64,000 nt of DNA from an uncultured Gammaproteobacteria bacterium. Its GTDB lineage: Bacteria; Patescibacteriota; Patescibacteriia; Magasanikbacterales; UBA922. The notes under the pieces are model-generated. The model was not told the origin of the DNA. It worked only from the letters and a program-made list of their open reading frames with translations, and made no database searches. This document shows, piece after piece, positions 45,739 to 55,159 of the stretch. The stretch is taken from contig CAZTEU010000005.1 of NCBI GenBank assembly GCA_964612105.1, positions 45,039-109,038 of the forward strand. Reading direction: 5' to 3'. Each line of letters begins with the position of its first letter. Position 1 is the stretch's first letter. The position numbers and the translations under genes are program-made.

Positions 45739-46749
45739 ATGAGGCTATTTCTTGCTATAACTACCATTTTTGCTGTCATTGCGGCAGCTATTTTTGTTGT
45801 TTTCAAATTTGGAAATATTGAGAGTTACGTAGTAGAAATTCCTCCAGCAGTACAACAAGAGCAAGAAGTGGTTAAAAAAGAAAAACTACCTGTAGCAGTA
45901 AAAAGACCAGTCAAACAACCAGAACCACCAATTATTGAGCCTGTGGTTCCAGAAACGAAAGCAGAACTAGTAGAAATACCAGAAAAAGAGGTGGTAAAAA
46001 AGATTGAAGAAGTCGCTAAAATTTCAATCCCAGAAAAAGAAACTAACGCTCCCACTCCAATTGTATATAAAATTGTAAAAGCAGGCTCAAGCTCTTTTCT
46101 TTCTTATGATGGAGTTTTCACCCTGACAAACAGTCATAGAGCACAAAATGGACACGGACCACTTGAGCATAACTCTCTTTTGGACAGCGCGGCACAAATG
46201 AAACTGCAGGACATGTTTGATCAACAATATTTTGCACATGTAGGACCAGACGGAAAAGAACCTTCCACATGGGTAAACGCAGCTGGATACAATTACAAAA
46301 CAACAGGGGAAAATCTTGCACAGGGAAATTTTGAAACAGATGCAGTTTTGGTTCAAGGGTGGATGGACAGCCCTGGACATCGTGCAAACATATTAAACAC
46401 AACTTTTACTCAAATAGGAATTGCTGTTGGCAAAGGCATGTTCGAGGGTCAAGAAACATGGTTGGCAGTACAGGTTTTTGGTAAACCAATGCCAATTTGT
46501 GACCAGCCCGAGCAAGTATTAAAAGATCAAATAGAAGCAGAGAATGTAAAAATAGATCAAACGCAACAAAAAATAAATGGTCTACAAAACGAAATCGACT
46601 CCACTTCTGACGTGGAACTACATAATCAAAAAGTAGATGAATATAATGCGCTTATTCCAATATTCAACGATCTAATTGAAAAAACAAAAGCGCTGACAAG
46701 TAAATTCAACGCTCAAGTTAATGTTTATAATCTATGTATTGATCAGTAA
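45739..46749 (+). CDS. CAP/SCP/PR1-like domain protein with N-terminal TM and C-terminal coiled coil
   Basis: CAP signature HRAQNG...GENLAQG...GW.DSPGHRANIL. Confidence 0.7.
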   Translation: MRLFLAITTIFAVIAAAIFVVFKFGNIESYVVEIPPAVQQEQEVVKKEKLPVAVKRPVKQPEPPIIEPVVPETKAELVEIPEKEVVKKIEEVAKISIPEKETNAPTPIVYKIVKAGSSSFLSYDGVFTLTNSHRAQNGHGPLEHNSLLDSAAQMKLQDMFDQQYFAHVGPDGKEPSTWVNAAGYNYKTTGENLAQGNFETDAVLVQGWMDSPGHRANILNTTFTQIGIAVGKGMFEGQETWLAVQVFGKPMPICDQPEQVLKDQIEAENVKIDQTQQKINGLQNEIDSTSDVELHNQKVDEYNALIPIFNDLIEKTKALTSKFNAQVNVYNLCIDQ

Positions 46750-47493
46750 CTAAAAAGTTTCTATATCAAATGAATCGACTCCATTCCATTTCATTCTAAG
46801 TATATCAATACCAGAAATAACTTCTTCTGCTCTTATTACAACCCCATACCTGGGAAGAATATAAAGATAATTTCTAACATTTTGCTCATTATTTTCTTCT
46901 AATCCTTTTTTTTCTAGGATTGACCAAAATAAATCTTCAACAGCCTCAACCTCTATTTTTGGAACAAGATCCTTTCTCTCTACCCAAACACCTTTATTAT
47001 TTTCAATAAAATACAACTCCTGTGAGCACATAGGACCACACCCAGCGAACTCGATTGCCACAACCCCGAGCTTAGGACCTCTTGTAAACACAGTCATTGT
47101 GTACCAAGATTCAGAGCCAGTTAATCTTATATAATAATTATCTTTATCAACAATTGGATCAGAACCAGGAAACTGTTCGTAACCTTTTTTTAATAATTCT
47201 AACCTGTTCTCTTTAGTATCTTCAATATACCCCCATTTTATTTCTGGAATATATTTAGCAGGTATATTTAAAAAATAATCTTCTATTTCCCAAGTAGCGG
47301 ACTTCTCTACTGCTTCAGTGCTTTTTTTTAAAATCTCCTCTACTTCTGCTTTTTCAACTTGCCCACTTAAATTCACCTCATTTTTAACTTGATTATCAGA
47401 TAACGATACTTCTACCTCACTTGACTTATTTTGCGAACAACCAAAGCCTAGTAAAGCGAAAAAGGCCAATAGTATAAATATTTTATTTCTCAT
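46750..47493 (-). CDS. hypothetical lipoprotein
   Basis: Signal peptide with lipobox LGFGCSQ. Confidence 0.5.
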   Translation of the reverse strand: MRNKIFILLAFFALLGFGCSQNKSSEVEVSLSDNQVKNEVNLSGQVEKAEVEEILKKSTEAVEKSATWEIEDYFLNIPAKYIPEIKWGYIEDTKENRLELLKKGYEQFPGSDPIVDKDNYYIRLTGSESWYTMTVFTRGPKLGVVAIEFAGCGPMCSQELYFIENNKGVWVERKDLVPKIEVEAVEDLFWSILEKKGLEENNEQNVRNYLYILPRYGVVIRAEEVISGIDILRMKWNGVDSFDIETF

Positions 47494-47496
47494 ATA

Positions 47497-48789
47497 TTAG
47501 GGCTTTACCCTGTTTACTAATCTTGGAAATGGAATACACTCACGAATGTGTTCTGTACCAGAAATCCAGCGCACCATTCGCTCCAATCCAATTCCAAATC
47601 CAGAATGCGGCACACTGCCGTATTTTCTTAAATCCAAATACCATTCATACTCTTTTTCATCCAATCCTTCTTTACGAATTCTTTCAAGTAAAATCTCATA
47701 ACTGTCTTCACGTTGTGATCCGCCAGAAATCTCCCCCGCCCCCTCTATTCCTATTAAATCATTATTTAAAACATAGTCAGAATTTTCTGGATCTATTTTC
47801 ATATAAAATGGTTTAATATTTTTTGGCCATCGTTCTATAAAAACAGGAACCTCACTATCCTTTGTAAGAATTCCTTCGTCGTCATTTCCTAAGTCCTCTC
47901 CATGCTTTATGTCTGAACCAAGCTCATTTAATTTTTTAATCGCGTCGTCATATTTTAGTCGGGCAAAAGGTTTGTCTAACATGTTTTTAAGTGCAGTCGT
48001 GTCCCTACCAAGAACCTCAAATTCTTTTACACACTTACCTAGACACTCTTTTACAATTGCTTTCACTAACCCCTCTTGAATGTCCATATTTTCTTCATGC
48101 TCAACAAATGCAGCCTCTGCATCCATCATCCAAAATTCTGTAAGATGGCGCTTTGTTGTGGACTTCTCACTCCTAAAAGTTGGCCCAAAGTCATAGCACC
48201 TCCCTACAGAGCCTATTAGGGCTTCTAGGTATAATTGGCCAGTTTGTGCTAAATAAGCCTCTCCAAGGTCAAAATAAGGCACAGAGAACAGCGTGGTAGT
48301 ACCTTCTGCAGAGTTTGGGGTGAATATTGGAGAATCTGTCCTTACAAAGCTATTTTCGTACATATACATCCCAATAGCCATCTGTACAGTACTGCGTATT
48401 TTGAGGATAGCCCATTGTCTCCTTGAGCGTAACCACAGGTGCCTGTTGTTGAGTAGAAAATCTGGACCATGTTCTTTCTTTGTAATAGGAAACTCTACCG
48501 CCCCATGAAGCAATTCTATTTTACTAACTTGTAGTTCAAAAACATCTTCCTTCTTTGGGTGTTTACTTACAGAACCTGTAACAATTACTGATGACTCCTG
48601 AGTTATTTCATTTACAGTATTAAAAGCTTCTTCAGAAGCACTCTGAGACACAATAGCTTGTACAAAACCAGAACCATCCCTAATCTGCAAGAAAGAAATT
48701 TTACCTGACGAACGGAGATTATATACCCAACCACGTATGGTAACATCTTTACCTACATGCTCGGAAATTTTGGATATTTGTATATTCAT
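47497..48789 (-). CDS. asnS: asparagine--tRNA ligase (class IIb; archaeal-type AspRS not excluded)
   Basis: 430 aa, OB-fold N-terminus, class II motifs, C-terminal GFGIGLERMV. Confidence 0.8.
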   Translation of the reverse strand: MNIQISKISEHVGKDVTIRGWVYNLRSSGKISFLQIRDGSGFVQAIVSQSASEEAFNTVNEITQESSVIVTGSVSKHPKKEDVFELQVSKIELLHGAVEFPITKKEHGPDFLLNNRHLWLRSRRQWAILKIRSTVQMAIGMYMYENSFVRTDSPIFTPNSAEGTTTLFSVPYFDLGEAYLAQTGQLYLEALIGSVGRCYDFGPTFRSEKSTTKRHLTEFWMMDAEAAFVEHEENMDIQEGLVKAIVKECLGKCVKEFEVLGRDTTALKNMLDKPFARLKYDDAIKKLNELGSDIKHGEDLGNDDEGILTKDSEVPVFIERWPKNIKPFYMKIDPENSDYVLNNDLIGIEGAGEISGGSQREDSYEILLERIRKEGLDEKEYEWYLDLRKYGSVPHSGFGIGLERMVRWISGTEHIRECIPFPRLVNRVKP

Positions 48790-48819
48790 AACGGTTTAAT
48801 ACTAGCTTATAATTATATA

Positions 48820-49554
48820 TTAGGCAAGACGACTAATACGACCCCAATCTGGAATGTGTCTCTCATGATAGAATCGCACAAACGAATATATACAGCTGTG
48901 AACTATATAATACTGTTGAGGGGTGAGATTTAGGCGCATTGCTATATCTGGTTTGTTTACAAGAATCTTTAATACCTTTTGTGCTCCCGGACCACACGGC
49001 AATATTTTTTCTCCTCTAGATATTTCTCCACCACGACAGTTAGAACAAATAACTCCCCCTCCAGAAATAATGAAGCCGTGTAACTTTTTCTTTTCTAAAC
49101 ACATCACACAGTGATCTAAAGTTGGACATAATCCAAAGTGCGAATATAGTTGCAATACAAACGTATCTAAATTAACAACTTTTGGTTTTTTACTCTGAGC
49201 CAACTCTTTTAGCCACGCAATCAAGAAGTCATACACAAAAGGATCTGGTGCGTTAGTCTCCAAGAGCCTGTTTACAATTACTAGTGCGTAAGATGCTAAT
49301 AATCTTTTCTTTAAATCTTTCTGAATCAACAAAAAACTTTCCACTGGGATCGCTCTTGTAAGATGGTCTACTCGCTTACCTGGAATAATATCCACATTTG
49401 CTATACGACACTGACCTAAACAAGAAGAGTTTTTACTTGTAATTTTTTTTATTCCACGAGCAAGAACATGGCGTTTGCCATGCTCCTTTGTAATTAGGGT
49501 TATCATTTGATCTGACTCACGAATATCGTAACGTGCAAGTACAAGAGCGTGCAT
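48820..49554 (-). CDS. recO: DNA repair protein RecO
   Basis: OB fold N-terminus, C4 zinc motif CVMC...CSNC. Confidence 0.85.
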   Translation of the reverse strand: MHALVLARYDIRESDQMITLITKEHGKRHVLARGIKKITSKNSSCLGQCRIANVDIIPGKRVDHLTRAIPVESFLLIQKDLKKRLLASYALVIVNRLLETNAPDPFVYDFLIAWLKELAQSKKPKVVNLDTFVLQLYSHFGLCPTLDHCVMCLEKKKLHGFIISGGGVICSNCRGGEISRGEKILPCGPGAQKVLKILVNKPDIAMRLNLTPQQYYIVHSCIYSFVRFYHERHIPDWGRISRLA

Positions 49555-49555
49555 A

Positions 49556-49939
49556 TTATTTTTTCAAGTAACTCTGTAAGATTACCATAGCAGATTTTTC
49601 ATCGCGAGTAGCCTCCCCTCCCATTTCATCTGCTTCAGCAGAGCTAAACCTTTCATCTACAAACTCAACAGGAATATCTATGTCTTTTTTTAGCTCTTCT
49701 ACAAAAGCACGGACTCGCTTTGTGTTTTCGTTTTCTTCAACATCACTGTCTGCACTAATTGGTAAACCTACCACTAACTTGTCCGCTCTTTCTTCTTTTA
49801 TTAAATTAACAAGTTGCTCATGTCGGGATTCACCTGGTTTTTCTTCTACCACACCATACGGTAAAACAACTCCAAGTTCTTTTTGCACCCATGCTAACCC
49901 AATCTTTTTTGTACCAAAATCTATTGCAAGTATATTCAT
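49556..49939 (-). CDS. ruvX: Holliday-junction resolvase-like YqgF/RuvX
   Basis: MNILAIDFGTKKIGLA signature. Confidence 0.9.
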   Translation of the reverse strand: MNILAIDFGTKKIGLAWVQKELGVVLPYGVVEEKPGESRHEQLVNLIKEERADKLVVGLPISADSDVEENENTKRVRAFVEELKKDIDIPVEFVDERFSSAEADEMGGEATRDEKSAMVILQSYLKK

Positions 49940-49940
49940 A

Positions 49941-51458
49941 TTATTTTAGGAATACGTCTATGTTAACTATCCCACTCTTTTCATCCTCCTCAGTAAATTT
50001 CTTGTTTATACTTTTCTTTTCTAAACCATCTTTCTCCACAACAAGAGTAAAATCCCCGACAGCTACAGGCAAAAAATATCTACCAAACATATCTGTAACT
50101 GTGTATGCTATTCTTTTCTCATACGGTTTCTTAAACAAAGACACCACGGCCCCAGATATTGCTTTGTTATCTTTCGTGTATATCTTTCCAAATTTCTTAC
50201 GTTTATCTTTTCTTGTAAGTCTGAGGAATATAATTAAGAGTACAACGTGCACAGCAACAAGTACCCATACCCACCATGAACGAACAAAGAGTAAGGCCAG
50301 AGCAGAAAGGAATGGCGCAATATAACCAACTGTACGACCAATTCTCCTTTGCCATTTTTTTAACTTAAACCTACCAACGCTCGGCTTACCTTCATCTGGA
50401 TCTAAAGGAACTTGTTTGTCTATAACCACTTCCTTATTCTTAACATCCACACTTCCTCCTAAATAATTCTCTGGATTATCTTTTCCAAATACAGACGGAA
50501 AGGAAAAGCTTTGTTTACTTGCCTCTAACTCATACACTCCCGGAGGAGTAAGGAATAAGTAGTTTCCATTCTTGCCTGTAACAGCACTTTTAATAACTTT
50601 CTTTGTATTAGAATCTATAAGCCTTACAGAACTTAGGTCTAATGGATTTTTTGTAATGGAATTAAATACTGTTCCCCAAGTCTTATACTTTCTTCTCCTT
50701 AATAACAGCAATGGTTGTGCAAGTACAAATTGACCAAACAGTATGGTTGTATGTATGCCACTTGCAAAAGGAATGTTTAACACAGCTAGCCCCGCAATGA
50801 CAGGGGCTGTCTTTTTAATGACACACTGTTCTACGTATGAGTAGTCTTTTTCTGTTGGGTTTGTTATTAAGGTTGTAATGTCTGCAACATTATTAACTTC
50901 TAAAGATTCTTTTGCACAGTCTATAACAACTGCTGTCTTACCATACGTATTTGCAAGACTTTCTAAACCAACAGATCCAAAACAATTAGAAATTTCATTC
51001 TGCACCTCTGCGCTTATAGCCCCAGAAAGATTATATGTATTGTTTAGTCTTTCTATACATTCACCCACCTCTTTTGACTGCTCATTTGTAATATTACTTA
51101 AATCTGAATACTGAGCAGAAAGCGTGTCCTTTAGTACAGGTAATTCCCAAACTTTGTTTAATGATTGCTCTTCATAGCACGCAGATAACTCTTTCTGATA
51201 CTCCTGATACAACCTACCCTGACTACAATCTGCCAGTAGTACTATGTATTCTGGATTAGAGGTATCATCCGCATACTTATCATTTACTCCAGCTATACAC
51301 TCCTGCGAAGAGGCGCTGTATTCTTCTGTTACACGCTTAATACAATCTGCAGATGCCTGCTGTCCATCATTCTGTGCATGTACCACACCAAAAGACACAA
51401 AAAAAGAGCCAAAAAGGACAGCAAACAGTAAAAGAGATGTTTTGATGTGTTGTCTCAT
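49941..51458 (-). CDS. hypothetical secreted Cys-rich protein with TM and C-terminal transthyretin/CarboxypepD_reg-like beta domain
   Basis: Signal peptide; Cys-rich N-domain; GKNGNYLF...PGVYEL beta-sandwich-like motif. Confidence 0.45.
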   Translation of the reverse strand: MRQHIKTSLLLFAVLFGSFFVSFGVVHAQNDGQQASADCIKRVTEEYSASSQECIAGVNDKYADDTSNPEYIVLLADCSQGRLYQEYQKELSACYEEQSLNKVWELPVLKDTLSAQYSDLSNITNEQSKEVGECIERLNNTYNLSGAISAEVQNEISNCFGSVGLESLANTYGKTAVVIDCAKESLEVNNVADITTLITNPTEKDYSYVEQCVIKKTAPVIAGLAVLNIPFASGIHTTILFGQFVLAQPLLLLRRRKYKTWGTVFNSITKNPLDLSSVRLIDSNTKKVIKSAVTGKNGNYLFLTPPGVYELEASKQSFSFPSVFGKDNPENYLGGSVDVKNKEVVIDKQVPLDPDEGKPSVGRFKLKKWQRRIGRTVGYIAPFLSALALLFVRSWWVWVLVAVHVVLLIIFLRLTRKDKRKKFGKIYTKDNKAISGAVVSLFKKPYEKRIAYTVTDMFGRYFLPVAVGDFTLVVEKDGLEKKSINKKFTEEDEKSGIVNIDVFLK

Positions 51459-51489
51459 AATGGATGTAGTTTAGCAGAATGAGAGTAAA

Positions 51490-52060
51490 TAGCAAAACAA
51501 AAAAACACCATATTAGTGTTCTTTTGAATTGGGCCGAGATTTTGTATAGGTACTCGGCCGTTTAACCTATGTTGTCGTACTCCCCTTACTCGGTAGGCAT
51601 CTCGACATCGCTGACGTCGACACCTAGAGCCAAGGCGCATACTTGGTAGTCCGCGACGCGATTCTGGTAGATCGACCCTCCAACGCATCGCACGAAGCGC
51701 GTAACGAAGTCCTTGAACCCGTGGTCCAGGTCCATGGCAGTACAGATGATGTGAGATGCCGCATACCTGAAGTCTTCGTCGACCATACCATACATGAAGT
51801 TCTGCAGGGCACTCTCGCAGAGTCCACCACACAGTGAGTCAGCCAGAGGGATGTCCTTCCAGGCGATGTAGGTACGGTTATTGTAGCCACGTTCCTCGTG
51901 AAAGAGTGTTTCATATGAGACCCCCTTCTCTTGAATCGCCGCTTTATTGAGGAGCCAAACCTTCAGACACTTGCTGACCTGGGCTTGCAGATACTGATTC
52001 ATTTCCATCTCCTTGTAAAGAGCCTCTATTTTGTCCTCCACCACGCCTTTTTGTGATTTC
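51490..52060. other. GC-rich micro-island F
   Basis: Compositional shift bounded by hairpins (AACACCATATTAGTGTT, GGCCGAG...CTCGGCC). Confidence 0.65.
51586..52002 (-). CDS. hypothetical 138-aa Cys-containing protein, island F (start at MNQYLQ after AAGGAG)
   Basis: CAAGGAGATGGAAATG; ORF track GTG start further upstream lacks RBS. Confidence 0.5.
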   Translation of the reverse strand: MNQYLQAQVSKCLKVWLLNKAAIQEKGVSYETLFHEERGYNNRTYIAWKDIPLADSLCGGLCESALQNFMYGMVDEDFRYAASHIICTAMDLDHGFKDFVTRFVRCVGGSIYQNRVADYQVCALALGVDVSDVEMPTE

Positions 52061-52205
52061 AGAACGCCTTAATATACCACGAAATGGAGCGTATGTCAAT
52101 GGTTATATAATGCCATAGGTCTGTTATAAGGCTATACATAGCCCTTTTTGTTAATGTTGTCAGAAGTATTGACATATCAAGCATATTATGCTATACTATA
52201 TACAT

Positions 52206-53021
52206 ATGATTGCAGAACGCCATTTAATACAATTAGGCCTTTCTGAGAAGGAATCTCAGCTATATATCTCTACTCTTAAACTTGGATCTGGAACAGTGCA
52301 GGAAATAGCTAAAAATGCCTCTATTAAGCGCCCTACTGCCTATGTTGTGTTGGATCAGCTGGTAGAAAAAGGTCTTGTATCTAAAAAACTAGGCAGTTCT
52401 GGTACCTCATATATTGCAGAAAATCCGGATAAGTTAGAAGGTCTTGTAGATAAACAGAAGTTTGCACTTTCTAATGCTCTCCCTCTACTAAAAGACATAT
52501 ACAAAGAAGAGGTAAATAAACCCCATGTAAAGATATATGAAGGAATAGAGGGAATGAAAAAAGTATATTTTGATACTGTATGGAAAAGTAAGTCAGAAAT
52601 ATTATACTTTGCTTCTATAAGAAAAATAGATCAACTATACCCTGGACTGTTAGATCAGTGGGTAAAGAACTTTAAGACAAAGTATGATTTTCAGCCGGTG
52701 GCTAGAGAATTAATTAATCCAGACAAGGAAGATTTAGAATACGGTGTTGAATTTTCTTTATCAGATAAGAATAGACAAACACGTGTTATTCCAAAGGGCT
52801 TCCCTACTAAATTTGTTGGTACGGATAATGCTATTTTTGATGACAAGGTTATGTTTGTCTCTCTGGAAGGAAAGTTGTTTACAACCCTAATACAAAATAA
52901 GATATTAGCAGACACTATGCGTACGCTCTATGAACTTGCCTGGAGTGCTTCTGTTCCTATTGAAGAGTACATAGAAAAAAATAAAGAGGAATTCCCTGAT
53001 TTGTATAAAAAACTCAAATAA
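52206..53021 (+). CDS. TrmB-family HTH transcriptional regulator
   Basis: N-terminal HTH LSEKESQLYISTLKLGSGTVQEIAK, TrmB-like C-domain; start at MIAERH. Confidence 0.7.
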   Translation: MIAERHLIQLGLSEKESQLYISTLKLGSGTVQEIAKNASIKRPTAYVVLDQLVEKGLVSKKLGSSGTSYIAENPDKLEGLVDKQKFALSNALPLLKDIYKEEVNKPHVKIYEGIEGMKKVYFDTVWKSKSEILYFASIRKIDQLYPGLLDQWVKNFKTKYDFQPVARELINPDKEDLEYGVEFSLSDKNRQTRVIPKGFPTKFVGTDNAIFDDKVMFVSLEGKLFTTLIQNKILADTMRTLYELAWSASVPIEEYIEKNKEEFPDLYKKLK

Positions 53022-53088
53022 TTATGAACAAACAAAAAGAGCTTCTTTTACTAGATGCTCTTTTTTGTATTTTATTTTCTCTCGTTTC

Positions 53089-53898
53089 CTATTTCTCACC
53101 AGGTCGCCTTGTTACAACAAGAGGTCCTTTAGCGTCGATTATGATCGTATGCTCTGCATGCGCACTCAAACTTCCGTCTTTAGTGCTAATGCTCCATCCG
53201 TCGTCTGCAGTAGTAACTTCATGATTACCTAACGTAATCATAGGTTCTAGAGCAAGCACCACACCTTCTTTTAGTTCCCACTGTTCCATTTCTTCGCTGT
53301 AATAGTTTGGTACATGTGGCTCTTCATGAACATCATGCCCAACACCATGTCCCACTAAATCTCTTACAATTCCATATCCCTGTGGCTTAACATAATCTTC
53401 TACAGCTCTTCCAATATCTGCGATTGTACCTCCAGGCTGACATGCTTCTATTGCAAGTTCCAATGCTTTGTTTGTTACAGAAACTAATTGTTTTGTCTTT
53501 TCATCTACTTCCCCAACTAGAACTGTGGTGGCTGTGTCTGTAAAGAAACCATTTCCATTTTTTCCTTCACCTTTGTTTGCTGGCCATTGCATGCCAATAT
53601 CTATACTAAAAATATCCCCGCTTTTGAGTACTTTTTCTTTTGATGGAATACCATGAACAATTTCCTCGTTGATACATGCACAAATAGCTCCAGGAAACGG
53701 ACTACCACTGCCACCGGAGTATCCCTTAAAAGCAGGTAAACCTCCAACCTTTTCTATTAGTTCTACGGCTCTTTCATCTATTTTTAGTGTAGCGACACCA
53801 GGCTTTGCCATGCGACCAAGCTCCTCTAGAATCTCACCAATAAGCTTACCACCTTGTGTTAGTAGTTTTATTTCTCTTTTGCTTTTAGTATAGGACAT
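53089..53898 (-). CDS. map: methionine aminopeptidase type I
   Basis: Pita-bread fold metal ligands (D, D, H, E, E spacing); 269 aa. Confidence 0.9.
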   Translation of the reverse strand: MSYTKSKREIKLLTQGGKLIGEILEELGRMAKPGVATLKIDERAVELIEKVGGLPAFKGYSGGSGSPFPGAICACINEEIVHGIPSKEKVLKSGDIFSIDIGMQWPANKGEGKNGNGFFTDTATTVLVGEVDEKTKQLVSVTNKALELAIEACQPGGTIADIGRAVEDYVKPQGYGIVRDLVGHGVGHDVHEEPHVPNYYSEEMEQWELKEGVVLALEPMITLGNHEVTTADDGWSISTKDGSLSAHAEHTIIIDAKGPLVVTRRPGEK

Positions 53899-53933
53899 AT
53901 AAAATCCACTCTATCAGGAGTGGAGGGAAAAAT

Positions 53934-54062
53934 CAAGTAATGTATTTCAGAAGTAGAAAAGCAATAATACCAAGGAAAAGAAAGAATAGGAACAACAGAT
54001 CATTGCTGTAATGTTGTTTTTCTTTATGATGATGTGGTGAAACTATGTGTTCGTCCATCATA
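53934..54062 (-). CDS. candidate small ORF (42 aa) MMDEHIVSPHHHKEKQHYSNDLLFLFFLFLGIIAFLLLKYIT: His-rich N-terminus + single TM
   Basis: Manual translation of map-adk gap; below ORF-track length cutoff; no RBS. Confidence 0.25.
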
Positions 54063-54101
54063 TCTTATGAGTATAGCAAAATGTATACAAGAATGCACAC
54101 C

Positions 54102-54770
54102 TTACTCATCTTTATGCAATACTTCCTCTATTAAATCGTCTACTTCTGATATTTCCAAACTTCCATCAACGCTTACTAAAATACCTAATTCTTTGTAATA
54201 ATTTACAATTGGAGATAGTGCAGTATTACCCTGCTCTTTTATTCTCTTCTGTATTATTTCTGGCTTATCATCATGGCGAACCTGCAACTTAGCTCCACAC
54301 TCTGTACACTCTTCTACAAGATGATTGTCTGGTGAGTAAGGAATTATATGTCCACACTTTTCACAAACTTTACGCTTTGTAAGTCTCTTATGACTTGTTT
54401 CATCATCTAAGCGCATTTCTATCGCAATGACTTCACCTTCCACACCTTTTTCTACAAAGAACTCCTGATATTTCTTTGCCTGCTCTACAGAACGAATTGC
54501 CCCATCTAGAATAACTCCTTTACTGTCTGAAAAGTTTTTTTCAATCTCTGCAAAAGCAAGTTTATACACTAAATCATCTGAAACTAATTTTCCAGATTTC
54601 ATATCTTCCAGCATTTTCTTATCATTAGGATCTGCATTTTCATCTGCACCTAGTGCACGCAATAGATCACCGGTAGATATTTGTCCATAACCATAGCGAT
54701 CTACTAACAATCTTGCTTGTGTCCCCTTTCCACTGCCAGGCACACCCAGGAGGATAATTATTTTTTTCAT
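54102..54770 (-). CDS. adk: adenylate kinase (zinc-lid type)
   Basis: GVPGSGKGTQ P-loop; CEKCGH...CTECG lid. Confidence 0.95.
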   Translation of the reverse strand: MKKIIILLGVPGSGKGTQARLLVDRYGYGQISTGDLLRALGADENADPNDKKMLEDMKSGKLVSDDLVYKLAFAEIEKNFSDSKGVILDGAIRSVEQAKKYQEFFVEKGVEGEVIAIEMRLDDETSHKRLTKRKVCEKCGHIIPYSPDNHLVEECTECGAKLQVRHDDKPEIIQKRIKEQGNTALSPIVNYYKELGILVSVDGSLEISEVDDLIEEVLHKDE

Positions 54771-54772
54771 AA

Positions 54773-55111
54773 CTATTTCTTACTAAAGTATTTTTCAAAC
54801 TGTTTTACAATTCCTTTACGATCGAACTCACTTATTTTTCTTTGATTTTGTAGTTTATATAATGTTTCATCTACCTGCCGTAACGATATCTTTCCATCTC
54901 CTTTTCTTCGCTTTATAATTGCATTCTCTATAATAACTTCTTCACGGGCATCTAAACTCTTCGTTGTAACAGAAGAAACTAGTTCTTTTATTTTTTCACT
55001 TGTAACAGAATATTCTTTCTGAGAATACTTACTACCTGTGCCAAATATTTCACTTAATATGCCCATATTTTTTAGTTTAATAACTATACCAGAGGGATAA
55101 CCTAAAATCAA
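54773..55111 (-). CDS. hypothetical protein (112 aa) between secY and adk
   Basis: ORF track only. Confidence 0.4.
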   Translation of the reverse strand: MILGYPSGIVIKLKNMGILSEIFGTGSKYSQKEYSVTSEKIKELVSSVTTKSLDAREEVIIENAIIKRRKGDGKISLRQVDETLYKLQNQRKISEFDRKGIVKQFEKYFSKK

Positions 55112-55159
55112 GAGTTAAAAAAAGGCCATATTGGCCAATATTCCTATGACCTACCCATG

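Noticed and set aside
51455-51914. ORFs 51455-51832 (-), 51624-51914 (-) and 51643-51837 (+) in island F
   Set aside because: Alternative frames overlapping the SD-bearing 138-aa ORF.
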